Shown: positions 13,961 to 27,989 of the stretch, one piece after another | Layout: the number at the start of each line of letters is the position of its first letter | How positions within the stretch are numbered: position 1 is the first letter of the stretch | NCBI GenBank assembly: GCA_030141605.1 | Contig: JAQGDQ010000327.1 | Location: 124,001 to 188,000 of the forward strand | From: Tubiluchus corallicola | Taxonomy: Eukaryota > Animalia > Priapulida | Length of the DNA: 64,000 nt | Direction: 5' to 3' | The notes under the pieces: generated by a model | Database searches by the model: none | The model's input: the letters and a program-made list of their open reading frames with translations, nothing else | Told to the model about the DNA's origin: nothing | Translations under genes and position numbers: made by a program

Positions 13961-14726
13961 AACATTGAATTGATTTTCTTAATTTTTTTTATACATCACT
14001 TTACACATCGAGCAAGCCTCATTTCGATAATATCATCTCTTTTGTGAAACTCTGGCACAATGACACTGTTCGGGAAATGTAAAAATTCAGTTTACTAATA
14101 AAATAACAACAGAAGTAATAACAAATCTATTTGTTCGGCTTTATGTGGCTTAAGCCCTGAATGCACGAGTGCAACGCACAGACGTCTGCAAAAGTTTATA
14201 ATTATTATTTTTTATTTTATTTTACTAAGACATTTGATTTCGCGATAAAATCTTCCACTCAATTATGATTTGAGTTTTTTAGCCGCCTATAATATTGTAT
14301 TATTAATTCTATTTGTTCAAACCAGCCAATTACATAAACCAGAAAACCACGACGTAAGAATTTTATCAGACAACCCATTTTACATGTAAACTAGTTCGGT
14401 AAATATTATTAAATTTTGAGTTTTTTGAATTTAAAAATTTCAAATTTTGGACGTTATCTACTAAATGGGGACTTTACAGGAACCTTTCTATTGCAGAGCT
14501 TAATTTATTTGTGTGTTTTGTTGGTTACTGTGGATGAATTGTTTTGGTTTTTTTTAAAAATCACTAACATGAGGTCCTTACTTTGTTTTTCCCTCGTTTT
14601 AACTTTAAAAATATTTTGAATTTCCGGGTTCGTTTAATACTGGGAAAAATTATAGGGATGTAGTATTATCAGAGTATCTAGGAATAAAATATTTTTGAAG
14701 TAATCAAAAATTTATAATTAACTTAC

Positions 14727-14860
14727 CGTTGTAGTTTTTCGGCGCAAACAATAAAAACTGTCAGTAACAATATACAACTTGAAAATATGCAAAAAGACTT
14801 CAAAATAGAATAAACGTGGAACAGTTCAAGAGACGAACACATTGAGACAACCTTGAAGTG
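14727..14860 (-). other. Candidate upstream non-coding NUAK exon near a possible promoter
   Basis: Perfect donor ACG|GTAAGT at 14726 and possible acceptor tttcattttag| at 14861; unique sequence with CACGTG boxes at about 14904 and 15105. Confidence 0.35.
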
Positions 14861-17800
14861 CTAAAATGAAACTGTTTGCTTAGCCAGCTAATTTAAGCAG
14901 CAGCACGTGTAAACGAAAAAAAAAACGATCTTGCTCTAGTACTTCCGAAATCAATTATTGCCGAACTCTCGATCTCAAAGCCTACATAACAACTGGATGC
15001 ACTCGGATGCACTCGTAGTTGACTGCTAGTAGAAAACGATTCATCTGCATCACTGTCATTCATGAGCAGTCAATGGGCACTAAGCAGTTTAAATTTCAGT
15101 GGATCACGTGATTCACCGTTAATAAACGTGAAGTAGTTACTAAAATCGAAAATAAATGGAAAAAACGTCAATCACACCGATCACAATCAACAGATAATTG
15201 TTCGTCTTTTCGAGTGAATGGTTATAATTAGTGTAATTGTCGACCGAAATTAAATACAGTAACGCTGAATTCCGTCAATAAGATGAATATAATACACATG
15301 GATTTATGGATGATACTTCACATTTTTATTCCAAAAACCTCGAAAAACACTGATTCTTCTGCGCCAATTATGAGATTATCGTCATCGTCATCATTATCGT
15401 CACCACTTTCGATGTTCTAAGACACAACATGTCCTACTTGTTGCTGCCGTCTGCAACTGCTCACGATGTGCAAGGTCGCTCAAATTTAGAGATGTATTTC
15501 TAAGTTCTTTTGCAATATTATGAGTTTATCATCGTCATCATCATCATCATCATCATCATCATATATATATATTGTGACGACCGAAGCCGTCCATGGTGAT
15601 GCGCTACTAATAATTAATGTATTTTTGATGAGAATCCGAAATGCATCGCTATTATTGTTATGACATTGATTGCCATTATTGTTAATACGTTTTATTAGAC
15701 TTGTGATTTTTGTTGTCAACTGATTTTTTTTGTAACATTAGATGGAAGCACTTTACAGGCTTGAATGACCAGAGCCTGGGTCACATGACCAAATTTACCT
15801 ATCTGGCCAGGTATTGGCCTAGTTTCGTGGTCTATCTGGTTTTGTAGCTCAAAGTAAAAAGAGCAAATTTTGTTGATAGCATGTTGCCAGTTTTAAACAT
15901 GTGTGTATGCCTCGAAAGTGAAAGCCACCTCATGGGCAATTTGGTTATTGGTTAGAGAGGCTTTGGAAAGAAACTTGTTGATTCACTTAACCTCCAATTG
16001 TGTTTCTTGATGGTAATACCAGTGGAAGCCATCCAGGATAGAACACCTCTGCGGAATGCTTGTCATTAAACTCTTCCTCTTATGGAGACTGAGTTCCAGT
16101 TTGGTTGCTTAATGTCATTATCCGGTGCAATACCGTCTAGAGGAGTCAATTGTCATTTGTTGGAGACATAGGAGCTGATGGTTTTGGTAGACGTGTCCTG
16201 GCAGCCATATTGGATACGTGGTAGGAAACTTGGTACGATTCGTGGTTGGAAACGTGGAAACGTGGTATTCGGGCAAATGCGTGGTAGGACCATTGCTGAT
16301 GGTATCCATCTCCCTGGACAGTTATGCTGGGCCCAGCCATCGTAAAGATGAGTAGAAAAAAATGTTAAATTTTAACTAGATTTATCCAGTTGACTATTAT
16401 TGCGTTTCAAAGTGTTTGTTTACAAAAGAACTTTATACGCCGGCATTAGTTATTTTTTTTCTGCGAGAATCGAAAATAATTAAATATCCTCTTTATTATT
16501 ATTATTATTATTATAAATCCTGTTGTTTGGGTAATTGTATTCCTAGAGAATTAAGGTATAAAACCTAAAGCATTCTTCACACTGTCTTACATGGACTCAT
16601 GTGCTAATTTCTATATATTTTGGTCAATCAAGGTATAACTCGTGACAGCGGGACTGCTTGGCAAAACATCCTAACAACAATTTAACATTTTCTTAGACAC
16701 GCTGTATGTATAAACAAATATTGCACGTCCTCAGTAATGTTGATAAGAGATGGGCATTAGTAAAGTGTTTCACTTTAGGTTATCATCCTTTGTAATAAGA
16801 TCAAGATAACGTAAGTTGCCATAATAATCTACATTAACTAAGCAGCAGCAAGCACAACAGCGTCAGGTCTCAGAGCTTTTTTACAAACGTTGTGTGATAC
16901 GCTGAACATTAGAGAAAAATATCTTTCTGAGCGAGTTAATATAACTGTAGTTACATGTATAGCTAAAATATTCTTTTTTAGGACTTTCGTAGTCATGTAA
17001 TACATGTCATAAATTTATGGCGTATGGAAACTACGTTCTCTTGTTCATATTGTCAGCAACAAAGCGATGATTGTGGTAAAATTCATCATAATTATTACCT
17101 TTTTTAATTGAGTCCATCTTCATTTGCTAATAACATTTTCCTCATTGTTTCGATTTTTAACGTCTACGTTGTTTATAAATATCTAGGCAGTACTTGAATT
17201 CTCTAGGTATTAGCTAGGTTTCGTTTTGCTGTCGCGCAGAAAGCAAAAACGCATCAGAGAACAAGTGACCGAAGTAGCATAATATAGTTACTCTTTCCCA
17301 ATAATAGTAAAGCGTAGTAATTAAATGTTTCGTTGGCGAATCCGGAAGTCAAATTCTAACATATGCTATAATGCGTGTTTTCAATAAAGCTAATCATACA
17401 TTTGGAGAAAAGTGAAAGATCAGCAGTACAGTAACTGATTAGTCATGTAGAACTGCAGAAGAGTCATTGCACCTGGAGCTATACAATCTTTCACTGTACT
17501 GAAATTTGAAAAAGCTACTGTTATCACTTATTAGTGTTTAAAGCGGCTGTCCATTAATTTCACCGTAGTGTTTAAAGTCCATTCATTAGATTCATTCACT
17601 TCTTAATCGTTCATTTACCAGTCTACATAGTTATCAATGAATATTGATCTCTTTCAGTATACATCTCGACAAAAACAATGATAAGCTTAATATACTTTAT
17701 TATTCATGATTGTTATGATGTTACGCCAAATTTTTTAAACGAAATGCCAGAAAAGCAGATTATCTGGTATGTTGTTATTCATTGCAAAATTGCGCAAATT

Positions 17801-18335
17801 TTTCGAAAAACTGTTTAGTGCAAGACAGTTATGCGTCTCCTATAAGTTAAAATATTTTGTTTATTAGAAGAAATGCGTGTTTAGCCTGTACATAAGGATA
17901 ATAAACAGCTTAATACTATTGTGAATCAGTTGTGTAAAAGTGATATTAGGTACACGTCAAGCATACGTGCTAAATGGAGTACAATCTTATAGAAGGTTTT
18001 GTAGTTGTTTGTGTACGTTTGTAAATGGTATTTATGATTTGCGTGTCATTGTATGTGTTATACTGTACACCTTATGTGTGTGTGTGTGTAAAATAAAAAC
18101 TTAAATTCAAAAAATTTAATCAATTCATTCATTCAATGCACCTAATTACAGTAATTTGCTTTCATCTTCCTTTACCAAATATGTTTGTATAAACATATAA
18201 AATAAGATTTTGGGTTGATCGTCCAATACATGCTAATTAGAAACAAGCAACATAACAATAATTTAAACATAAATATGGGCTGCTGTAATATTAAATATAC
18301 TAAAGAAATCTATTATCTCGGTATATTTATAGATA

Positions 18336-19010
18336 CAGTAGGCGCCGCTTAATAGACTCGCTTTGGGACCGAAGTGTTTTGAACCCAATTAACGGAGTGA
18401 ACCTATTAATCGACGGGTGCAGTATTACTGCTGGAAGTATGAGTCATCAGCCTAGGATGCACTGCAAAGGGTTTTAATGAATTTTAGAAACGAAGTAATG
18501 CCTAAATTCCTTAGTGCACTTAAAAATTAGAAAAATATTTTAAAAATACAAAAATTCCTTTAAAGTCGGCTGCTTCATTTTATCACAAACAAGTTGGCTC
18601 ACAAAGTTCTCATAATGATAAAAACGTTGAAAACCTGTTGTTGCATGATGCACCAATTCTCGTAAACTACTTAATGCTTGGCGTGCTTAAACTGCTGGTG
18701 GAGCCCGTATTTCCCGGCAGTTTCGTTTGTAGCATCGCATAAGCTCCCACTTGCTATAATTGTGACGTACTACTGTACTGTACCTGCGTCCCTGGCATAA
18801 CAGCAACAACTGACTGATTAAACTTTCTGGCAAAAACTGCCAGAGCTTCAAAAGCAGACGGCTAAGCAAGTGATTAAATGTTTAGCTTCCAGGAATTCTT
18901 TGGTAAGGCGGTTAATTGCAATGGCCGTGCAGGTCAAAGCAAACCATTAGGCTATCATAATTATTAGCATATGATAAATGTTCCTGCTTACAAACAAAAT
19001 GGTATTTAGC
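18336..19010 (+). mobile_element. pogo/Tc1-mariner-like MITE, copy 1 (left TIR retained)
   Basis: TA|CAGTAGGCGCCGCTTAATAGACTC terminus; body homologous to about 53715-54380. Inserted directly after a LINE remnant reading KEIYYLGIFID. Confidence 0.8.
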
Positions 19011-19315
19011 ATGATTGTTTCTATATTGTTCTGCGGTGGGGCTCTCGCCTCTTAGCAATCTCCTTTGGCCGGTTTGAACCAGTGTTATCTGTGGGCGAGA
19101 GGCCTCCGTTCGAAATCGACATACTGAAATAGAACTAACAAAGCAAGCAACTGGGAGCCATTAACCAGCTTAAAAAGAGCAGTATAAGGGCCTGACCAAA
19201 AAAACTTAGCTTACCTACTTACTTTGTAAAAACTAGATTGTTACTGCTAAATAAAATTCTCTACTCACGACCAAAACATACAGCTGGCTAAACATGAAAA
19301 ACACAGAAAACCAAT

Positions 19316-21000
19316 GAGATGAGATGAGATGAGATGAGATGAGGTGAGGTGAGGTGAGGTGAGGTGAGGTGAGGTGAGATGAGATGAGATGAGATGAGAT
19401 ACGATACGATAAGATAGATTTATTTTCATTGGTGTGATATAAACAGTACATATTTGTAAAAACATGAGCTTAAAGCTCGTAAACTGTTATCAAACATAAC
19501 GTATATGAGCGACAACACGGTAATAATATGTACTTTTTAAAATCTTTTGGATGCCACCAGAGGTATACAAGAAAAATTTAAAACTACATGAAGACAGTAA
19601 AAATTGAGACAGTTACGAATTGAGACAGTAAAAATTTTAGGCAGTAGCATTTTCTAAAATTTACACAAAAAGCTATCTAGGTCAATAAAAATTTTTCTGC
19701 CAATATTTCAGCATTTAATCACGACTTAACAAAATTAGGAAGTTCGCTGAATTTACAAATGGCACATTTACACGATACCCCAGTCCATGAGTTAATTAGA
19801 CGTCTAAATTCCCCAAGATTTTCGGCCTTTCGGAGACAGTTTGGTAATTCATTCCACAATGTGGCTCCATAATAGGAGAAACTTTTCTTGCCATATGTAA
19901 CACCATCATATGTGGGATGTTCTACAGTGTTCATTTTTCTGAGAAAGTAGCGGTTTTGCTTTCGTTCCTCTATCAGTCCATAGAGACGGGCAGTTTTTGG
20001 ACAAAATCTTGAATACTTCGATATCAATGAGACGTTGTCTCCGAAGTTGAAGAGACACAAAATTGTCTTTTAACAATAGATTTTCGTAGGTACTTTCGAA
20101 ATCATTATATAAACAGTCAAACATATAAACTAGACGGAGCGCTCTGAAATTCAAACGCTCAAACTTCTGGCTGTTTGATTTACTACAGAAGTGCCAGATT
20201 ACAGGGCAGAAATTAAAATTCGACTTGGCAAACGAAAGGTAGATGAGTTTCGACATTCTACCGACAACTTTCGACCAACACGGCGTAGAACATTAATCTG
20301 TTTTGCTGCTTTTTTGCACAGGGCTGAAATGTGCGAATCAAAGTTCAGGCGATAGTCTATATTTACACCAAGAAGTTTCACCTCATCCTTACATTCAATA
20401 TCCGCTCCTTTGATGTTGAAAGTAGATTTCAGGTCGTGTGTAATTTTGCCTACAGCAATCCCCTGAAACTTCCTCAGATTTGCTTGCATCTGGTTGGAAG
20501 CAAACCAGTCGACCAGTGCATTACTTTCAAGCTCTAAGGTTTGTTTCATATCATTAAATGATTTACTGGAGTAAGAAACAGTATTATCATCAGCGTAGTT
20601 GTACAAAGTGGATTTACTGATAAAATGGAAGACATCATTAATAAAACAATTAAAAAGTATAGGTCCAGTTAAAGATCCCTGAGGAATGCCTTTATCCACA
20701 GGAAGGGGTGAGCTCTGGACGTCCCCGATCTGAACAAGTTGTTTTCTGTCAGTAAGGCAGCTCTTGATCAAATTTACAGCATTTTCTGATAAATTATAGC
20801 ACCTTAACTTTCCCAACAATAAATTCTGCGGAAGGCAGTCAAAAGCCTTTGAAAGATCCATCAGGATGGCACCAACATAGTTACCGGCCTCTAATCCTTT
20901 CCTTCACTCTTCGGTTAACACTAACAGTACCAACTGGCAGCTGTATCCACTACGGGAGGCTGACAAGAGTGGGTGAAAGTGTCGGGACATATTGGTCTAC
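19316..21000 (-). mobile_element. 5'-truncated CR1/L2-group LINE with AATAAA and an (ATCTC/ACCTC)n tail
   Basis: RT ORF 20199-20861 (DLSKAFD, IPQGSLTGPILF, YADD, LLGVNID), continued by frameshifted ORFs 19906-20256 and 19719-20060; pentamer tail at 19316-19410. Confidence 0.93.
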
Positions 21001-21169
21001 TACCTGTATGTTTTATATATATAATATGCACAAGTAGTAGACTCTTCCTACAAATTAACATCTAACAATGTAATCTAGAATTGATCGCAGCTGTTTTATG
21101 TTTAAAAAATTAAAATCAGTCTTGATGCAATCTCTAGCCTTATAAACAATTATAATAAGAATAATAATG

Positions 21170-21685
21170 TATTTATTTATAAAGCGCTCTCAATATTTTT
21201 TTTTCAAAAGCGCTGTACAGTTAAGAATATTTAGGTAAAATGGTAAAAACTATAATGCAATTAGTCCTACCTACAAATCAAAAAATCTGCTAAACATTCA
21301 CCACATATACATTAAAATACTGCTTAAAAGACAGGTTTATAAGTTTTCTTTTAAAAGAATCTAAATTTGAACATTTTCTAATTTCAGTTGGTAGCTTATT
21401 CCCACACGTTGGCGCAATGCTTGAAAAACCTAAATCAGCAAAGACTTTCTTTTTATTAAAAGGTAGAACAAGTTCTAATCCATTTGCTTTGCTAGTTAGT
21501 GTGCTCCTGTTATAAACACGAAATTATAGACGATTAGCCAAGTAAGCTGGAACCAGTCCATATAAATCTTTGCAGGTTAAAACCAATATTTAAAAAGTAT
21601 ATCGACATCTGATTGTGGTAGCTTTACTCCAATGAAGACTATGCAAAGCAGTTGTTGCACTATCATATTTTGTGACATCTGTACA
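21170..21685 (-). mobile_element. L2-like LINE 3' fragment, left of the Gypsy element
   Basis: Minus strand reads KYDSATTALHSLHW..., GLVPAYL and CGNKLPTEIR...FKRKL; continues the fragment at 30064-30650. Confidence 0.75.
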
Positions 21686-24408
21686 TTGATGTAGTAGATA
21701 GAAATTATAAAAAACTGATATAATTAATTAATGTACAAAACACTCTAGTGCGGAAAACCATTACATCCAAAAACTTCGGTGTATGGTAATGCACAACCCA
21801 GAATTTATGGAAACCCATGGAGTCCCAACTACTACATTCCTCTTTTCTTTGCATCAAACTCAGCAATGATTGAATTAAAATTTAAATGGAAATTATGTTT
21901 CGAACTAGCATCTGGTAGTAATCCTCATAACATTTACTGAATTCAGTGCTTTGAATTTAGACACATTAACTACCAAATGGTACTGCCACATTTGTAAGAT
22001 AATACTAACTGGAATGTTAACGTGTACATTACAAATAGAATCTGAAATGGCAAGTGTAATGTAACTATGGGTAACTACATAAGTCACTATGCATATTCAT
22101 TAAAAACATTCTCTAATCTTTGTAGCCTACTAGTGTTGAAAAGTCATAATGCAATATGATAATTATAATCACAAGTTACAACTTTGTTAATTTCACCAAT
22201 CGCTAAAATTTCGAAATAGTTTGTCTATGTAACATCTTAAATGCTGTTTTCTTTAACACTTTTCATTAAATAATCTTTTGTCCAAACTGGTTTTTCTCTT
22301 TTTCGTGGAGGTCTTGTTTTCCCAGTTCCTGCGTCATTTGCAATAATCTCTCCCACGTCCCGTTGCAATGCAGGCGTTGTTGCAGTCGTTGGAGGCGATG
22401 TATCTGGTGTTCTTGCTGTAGTTGTTAAATGCTGCGATGGAGCAAGTAGTTGTCTTTCCTCTGTTGGTATTTCATTCTCTGTGTTTCCAAAGTCACATAT
22501 TTCCTTTTTAATACCGTTCTGAACCTTCATACTTTTTGAAGAGGCTAATGTTTCTAGTGATGTTGTGTCCTTCACAACTAACTGTAATCATTGATCCGTT
22601 AACACCTGTAACTGTATATACCATTGGGCTATATTTTGAAGTGAATTTGTTTAATTTCTTTTGCATTACTAGCACTTTATCTCCACACCTAAATTGTAAT
22701 TTAGAAGACTGTTGGTTCATTTTGGTTTCCTTATCTTTTAGCCTTATTGCCTGATCTATCTTTACCGCTTATTGGAATTTTCTGGTTGTCCAGAGAATGT
22801 AATTTTTTTGACAGGTCTTCCAAATATCAATGATGCAGATGATACTCCTGTTGTTGGATATGGAGCATTCCTGTAATTTCTGAGATATTTATAGAGCTCC
22901 TGTTTCCAGTTTCTGCCAAGGATTTTGGCAGTAAAAGCAATTTTTCCAAGATTTTGCATGAGTCTTCCTGTTTCGCCATTTGTTTGAGGCCAAACAGGAG
23001 TGATTTTGCGGTGATGACAATCAACATGCAAACAATATTCTTGGAACTTTGTACTGTTAACTGGTGGTTCATTACCCGTGTGACACTTAAATGTAATGCC
23101 AAATGTGGAAAACACCTTGTCAGAAACTAGAATAACAACGTCTGCAGACGTGAAGCTGCAAATCTCAACAACTGGGTACCTTGAATAGTCACCTATGAAA
23201 ACGAGAGCATACTCTGCATTTGGAGTTGGTCCCCAATAATCAATGCTTATTTCCTGCCATGGTCCCGGTGGAAGGTCTGACATCTTTGGTGCTCATTTGG
23301 TAAACTTGCTCTGTGTGGTAGCCTGGCAAGCTAAACAGTTCTTCAGAAGTGCTTCAGCTTGTTTATCTATAAGGGGAAACCAGACGTTGACGCGTAGAAG
23401 TTGTTTGATGTTCGACAGACCTAAGTGTCCTTCGTGAGCAAGTGCCAGTACTCTAGTTTGACGATCAGCAATGATCACAATTTGGTGCTCCATAAAATTA
23501 GGTCGTTATCTGATGTGACAGTTAACTCGGCTCTGACATGTTTAATTTTTTTCACTGCAAATCCTTCCACACCCGAAGTAACAGCACTGTGGCAGTTCCT
23601 AGACTTGAGGCGCTGTGCTACTTCCTGTAAAACAGCTCTTCCAAAGTAGGGGCCTTCATTTCTTCCACGTGCATTGCTTTTGGTACACTATGTAATTTGC
23701 CAGAATTTGGCATTTAGCATATTTAGAACTGTGATTACGGTTAAAGCAACGCTTTCGTACAGTCCAGATATGCTTTGGTGCATTTTGGGCACTATCGGAA
23801 TTTACAGCCAAATGGATACTTGAGACAGTTTGCTTAATCCGTTTATGATGTTACTACTGTTCACGTGGAAGGGTGGACTGAATCTCACCACATAAATTTA
23901 CCTGATGCCAGCCTGAGGAAGCTAAACCATTCTCGATGGTACCTCACCTACCTCAACTACTGAACAGTGCAGACTTCGTTTCCAGTGACGTCACCAATGA
24001 CTCATGTGGCATTCCAAAGTGTTAATGGGCAGTGAACCATCTCAGTGTGGACAGGTTTTTTTTCGGTGCACCACCCGGGGAAAGGCTAATTAGTGAGTGC
24101 TTAGTGTATTAGATATTGATTTGTTTATCTTTAGTTTGATTTTGCCTCGTATTTATTTTTGTTGCATGTCTGGTAAACAACACTATGTTTATGAAGTTTT
24201 GCAACAATTTGAAAATTTGTTGTTTAAAGTTATAACATTATATAGGTTTATTTTATTCAAAAATAGCTACGCTCTAATGATTAAGTATAGTCTTGTTGTC
24301 TGAGAGACTGCCTTTGAAAGTATTTTTAATTTTAAACCAAAAGGGAGTGCGGCATTCTGATTGATTTTTGAAAATATCCTTTTGATCATCGCAAATTTGT
24401 TTCATTAA

Positions 24409-26859
24409 AGGAGGAATATCACCAAAATTAAGTTGAGCTTGAATAACTCGCGATTATTTTGCGAATACAAATACGAACCTCATTCTTCACGAAAATTTCA
24501 TGTTTAAGAATCCTTAGCAAAAGTTCGGGTGAAATTGTACACAAAACGAACATTTGACTAGGCCGCCAGCATGGACCTGCGCCCGCGCCTCTGGTGGCGA
24601 AAATTGCCCTCACTGGTTTGAGTATTTGTTTACATCGACAAGTAGCGCCAGCATACAGTACTTTTACGCAGTTTATAACTAGTGGCAGTATCACGGTAAA
24701 GATTAGCTTATTGTGGATTGTATGCGTGATTTGCTTGGTTTCGGTCATCGTCATTGTTCTTATTGGAAAACAGCGATGGAATGTGTTACACTATGATTCA
24801 GCAGTTGGACGGGATGCAGCAGTCAGACCGAAAGTGCAGGAATTACGAAAACTTATAGTTTCCAATGTGCAACAGAAAATTATTGAAGCAATGAAAGCAC
24901 AATCTAAAAAAGCTGGATTCACGCCTACAAATTGTGTGATAATTCCTTGGCTGTTTGCTTTGAAACGCGAGTTTAGAACATGATGAACTCTAGTGTTAAA
25001 AATATTGTGCTTACACTTCGGAGAGATTCAGTCAGATGCAATTTTTTGTAGTGTCTTTTTTGCTTGATTTTAAGCCCAAGTGCATAGTTTATCGATGCAG
25101 TTTAGTCATTTCGAGATTTGTATCCATTTCAATAAAAATATCACAATTACATTATGTAATGAATTTTTGTGCTAAAACGTTATTTTTGATGCTTTTTCCT
25201 GAATTTTGAATATTAACTAAAGAAAAAACATTGTAAAATATAAACTGACAACTGCAAATTATTAACCCTTACACCATAAACAATGACTTCAGTATATTTG
25301 GTAATTTGTGCAGCACAAAGAGCATTGTACTAAATTATTTTTGTACTACATATACTTTTTTCAACTTTGTAATAGAATGAGTGTTAGAATAACCTTGTTT
25401 GAAACAACACAATAAATAATTATTTTGTCATCGAACCACGTTATAGCGTTAGTTTTTTATTTTGTAAAAGTGGATAATAATTATATTAATAATAAATGTA
25501 TTATTATGATTAATTTTTATTTCAGTCCTATTGACTACAAGAATTTTATCTAATCCTAATATTTTAATAACACTGCTGTGTAAAAATAAACACAACATGT
25601 TGTTATCATGTAAAAACAAAAGCTAATGAACAACGGTTAAAGTTCTGGTTGATATTAAAAGTCTTACTGATTTAACTAACTGAAACACGACAAAGTTAAA
25701 AATGTTCATATATGTTTAATCAATAAGACTACAGCTAATATGTTATAGTCTCTGTGTCCATGGGGTCCACATATTTCTTGTCAAGGCTGATAAAATGAAG
25801 CTGTCACTAAAAATTGTCACACTGACATTATAATCATGCTTCAGTGAGTTTCTCAGCGTTTACAAATTCATTAATTCTTGTAGCAGAATGAAGTTACTTT
25901 ATCGGACTTGTTTTACAAAAAAAAGAACTTTTGTTACCGAGGCCCACACTTTTGCAGATTGTATTGCTGACGATGTTTTCAATCAATGCCCCAAGAATTT
26001 TCACAGTATTATGTAGGCCAGTCTACTTTTGTGCAATGATTGTTTACACATCTATTAGAATATACAATTATGGACTTGTAATTTTCGACGGTAGTAAAAT
26101 ATATCGCTTTTGCACAATTTGATGAAAACATGTGAATGAGGGCAACGACAATTGTTTCTATCACATGGCTGCTACCTATCCAACTCAGGGTCAAATGCTG
26201 TAATGTAGTAATAACAGCTTTATTTTTAGAGTAAAATTATTAGTTTGTGGTATAGTGGTAGTACGTGTGTGAGCTGTTTATGAACGTTTGAGTAATGGCA
26301 AAGCTATCAAGACTTTGTTTGCGAAATAACACTTATTAAACAACGTCACAATATAATAAATGTATAGCAATGCCAAGGCCCCTGATCTACGAGAGACGTC
26401 CTGTGCGTGAGTGTCAAGTCTGACCAACCTCTTCCGCTAACTGGTGTCCCGGCATATATATCAGCTGCGTGCGCAGTCTGACAAGTGGGTCAGTTCTTCG
26501 CCCACGTCGTCACGTGACACCTGCTCCTTAAGCTCTCCTTATTTGGCTTGGCTTCACGACTAGTCTTCTTAGCATAATTATTTGACATTTAACATATTTT
26601 ACCAGGTTCTCTTTACTGTTAGCCTAGTTGTGTACGACTGTACCACGGGTACACTCTGCTACGTCATCAGCAGAGCTGCTCTAGTTCAATTTTTTTATCG
26701 CGAGAGGCATAAGTGCAGCTCCATGGCATTTCCCGCGAGATACAAACAAGTTAATTACTCATTGATCAGACAGCGTACTGCTGAAAAAAATTCGCCAAGT
26801 TGTTCCCGGGGAAGACAACTATAAAATATATTTAACTTGATTTTCATGATGTTCCCCCT
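24409..26859. mobile_element. Kolobok-like DNA element, non-autonomous or decayed
   Basis: TTAA at 24405-24408 and 26860-26863; imperfect TIRs AGGAGGAATATCACCAAAATTAAGTT and AGGGGGAACATCATGAAAATCAAGTT. No intact transposase seen. Confidence 0.75.
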
Positions 26860-27989
26860 TTAACTTTAGACAGGTCTGGTGACAGACCTTTGCCTGACCA
26901 TTTGAAATCTGTTAAACTGGCATTTTTCACGCCTTGTTCTGGCGTGTGAGACCTTTTTCTGCTAATCTTGCAAAAAGTTGTTCCAGATTTTTATCATGTG
27001 TTTGTTGGACAGTCGCATGCATAATCATATCATTCGTGACATTTTTAGTGCCAGGTATTCCTTGAATCTGTTCAATCACTTTTTGAAATAACTTTGGTGC
27101 ACCTGACATGCCATAAATTAGCCGTTTAAATCTAAATACTCTTAAGTGAGTGGAGAATGTCTCTTGATTCAGAACTGAGCTTAATTTGGTGGAATTCTTC
27201 ACGCATATCGATAGTAGAGAATAATTGGGATCCATTAAGGTTATGTATGAGATCATGAAGTGTAGGTCCCGGATAGCGTTCGCGAATCACAGCCTTGTTA
27301 GCAAGTCACATGTCAACACAAAGACGGATGTTAGTGAAAACTTTTGGTGAAATCCATGGTTTTGGCTTATTAACTCTTTCTATTGATGTCGAGTTTTTCT
27401 AACCGTTGTAGTTCATCTTTCACCTTTTTCCATAAGTGAAACGGGATGCGCCTATGCCGTTGTCTACTGTCTTAACTGTGGGGTCAATGTTGATTACTCC
27501 TTGGTAGCACTTTAGCTTGCCCATGCTGTCAAAGTGTTGAGGGTACCATGTTATAAGATGATTAGCATAGTCTTTAGCAGTATTTACATTAGCACACATC
27601 TTTATTAGCTCTTTGTTGCTGTAGTGTACGAAAGTAAACAACCCGAGTCTACTGAGTCCACCACTACCAGCTGTGTTTCTCTTACGCGACCTCGCGTCTC
27701 TAGTGTAGTGTGCAAGGTGCCTAATGTTTTTAGTGCAGTATCGGAGTTGTACGAGAATATTGATGTCGAGCTAGTCTTGTTTGTCTTTGTGAGTTTTGGC
27801 TCCCCCAATGCACAATATGTTTTTGAACCAATAATGCTGAGACTAGCACCTCATCAATAAGAAATTTAACTGGTTTATCTGCCACTTTCACTGTAGCATG
27901 TGGCAAACCATTGGAGGCACAGTCTTGTAAAAGCATGCTGTTCTTCAATTTCTGAATCCGACAACACACTAACCTGCACGTTGTGCACT

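Noticed and set aside
20199-20861. RT ORF as a retron, DGR or domesticated gene
   Set aside because: A 5'-truncated, frameshifted LINE ORF2 with a typical microsatellite tail.
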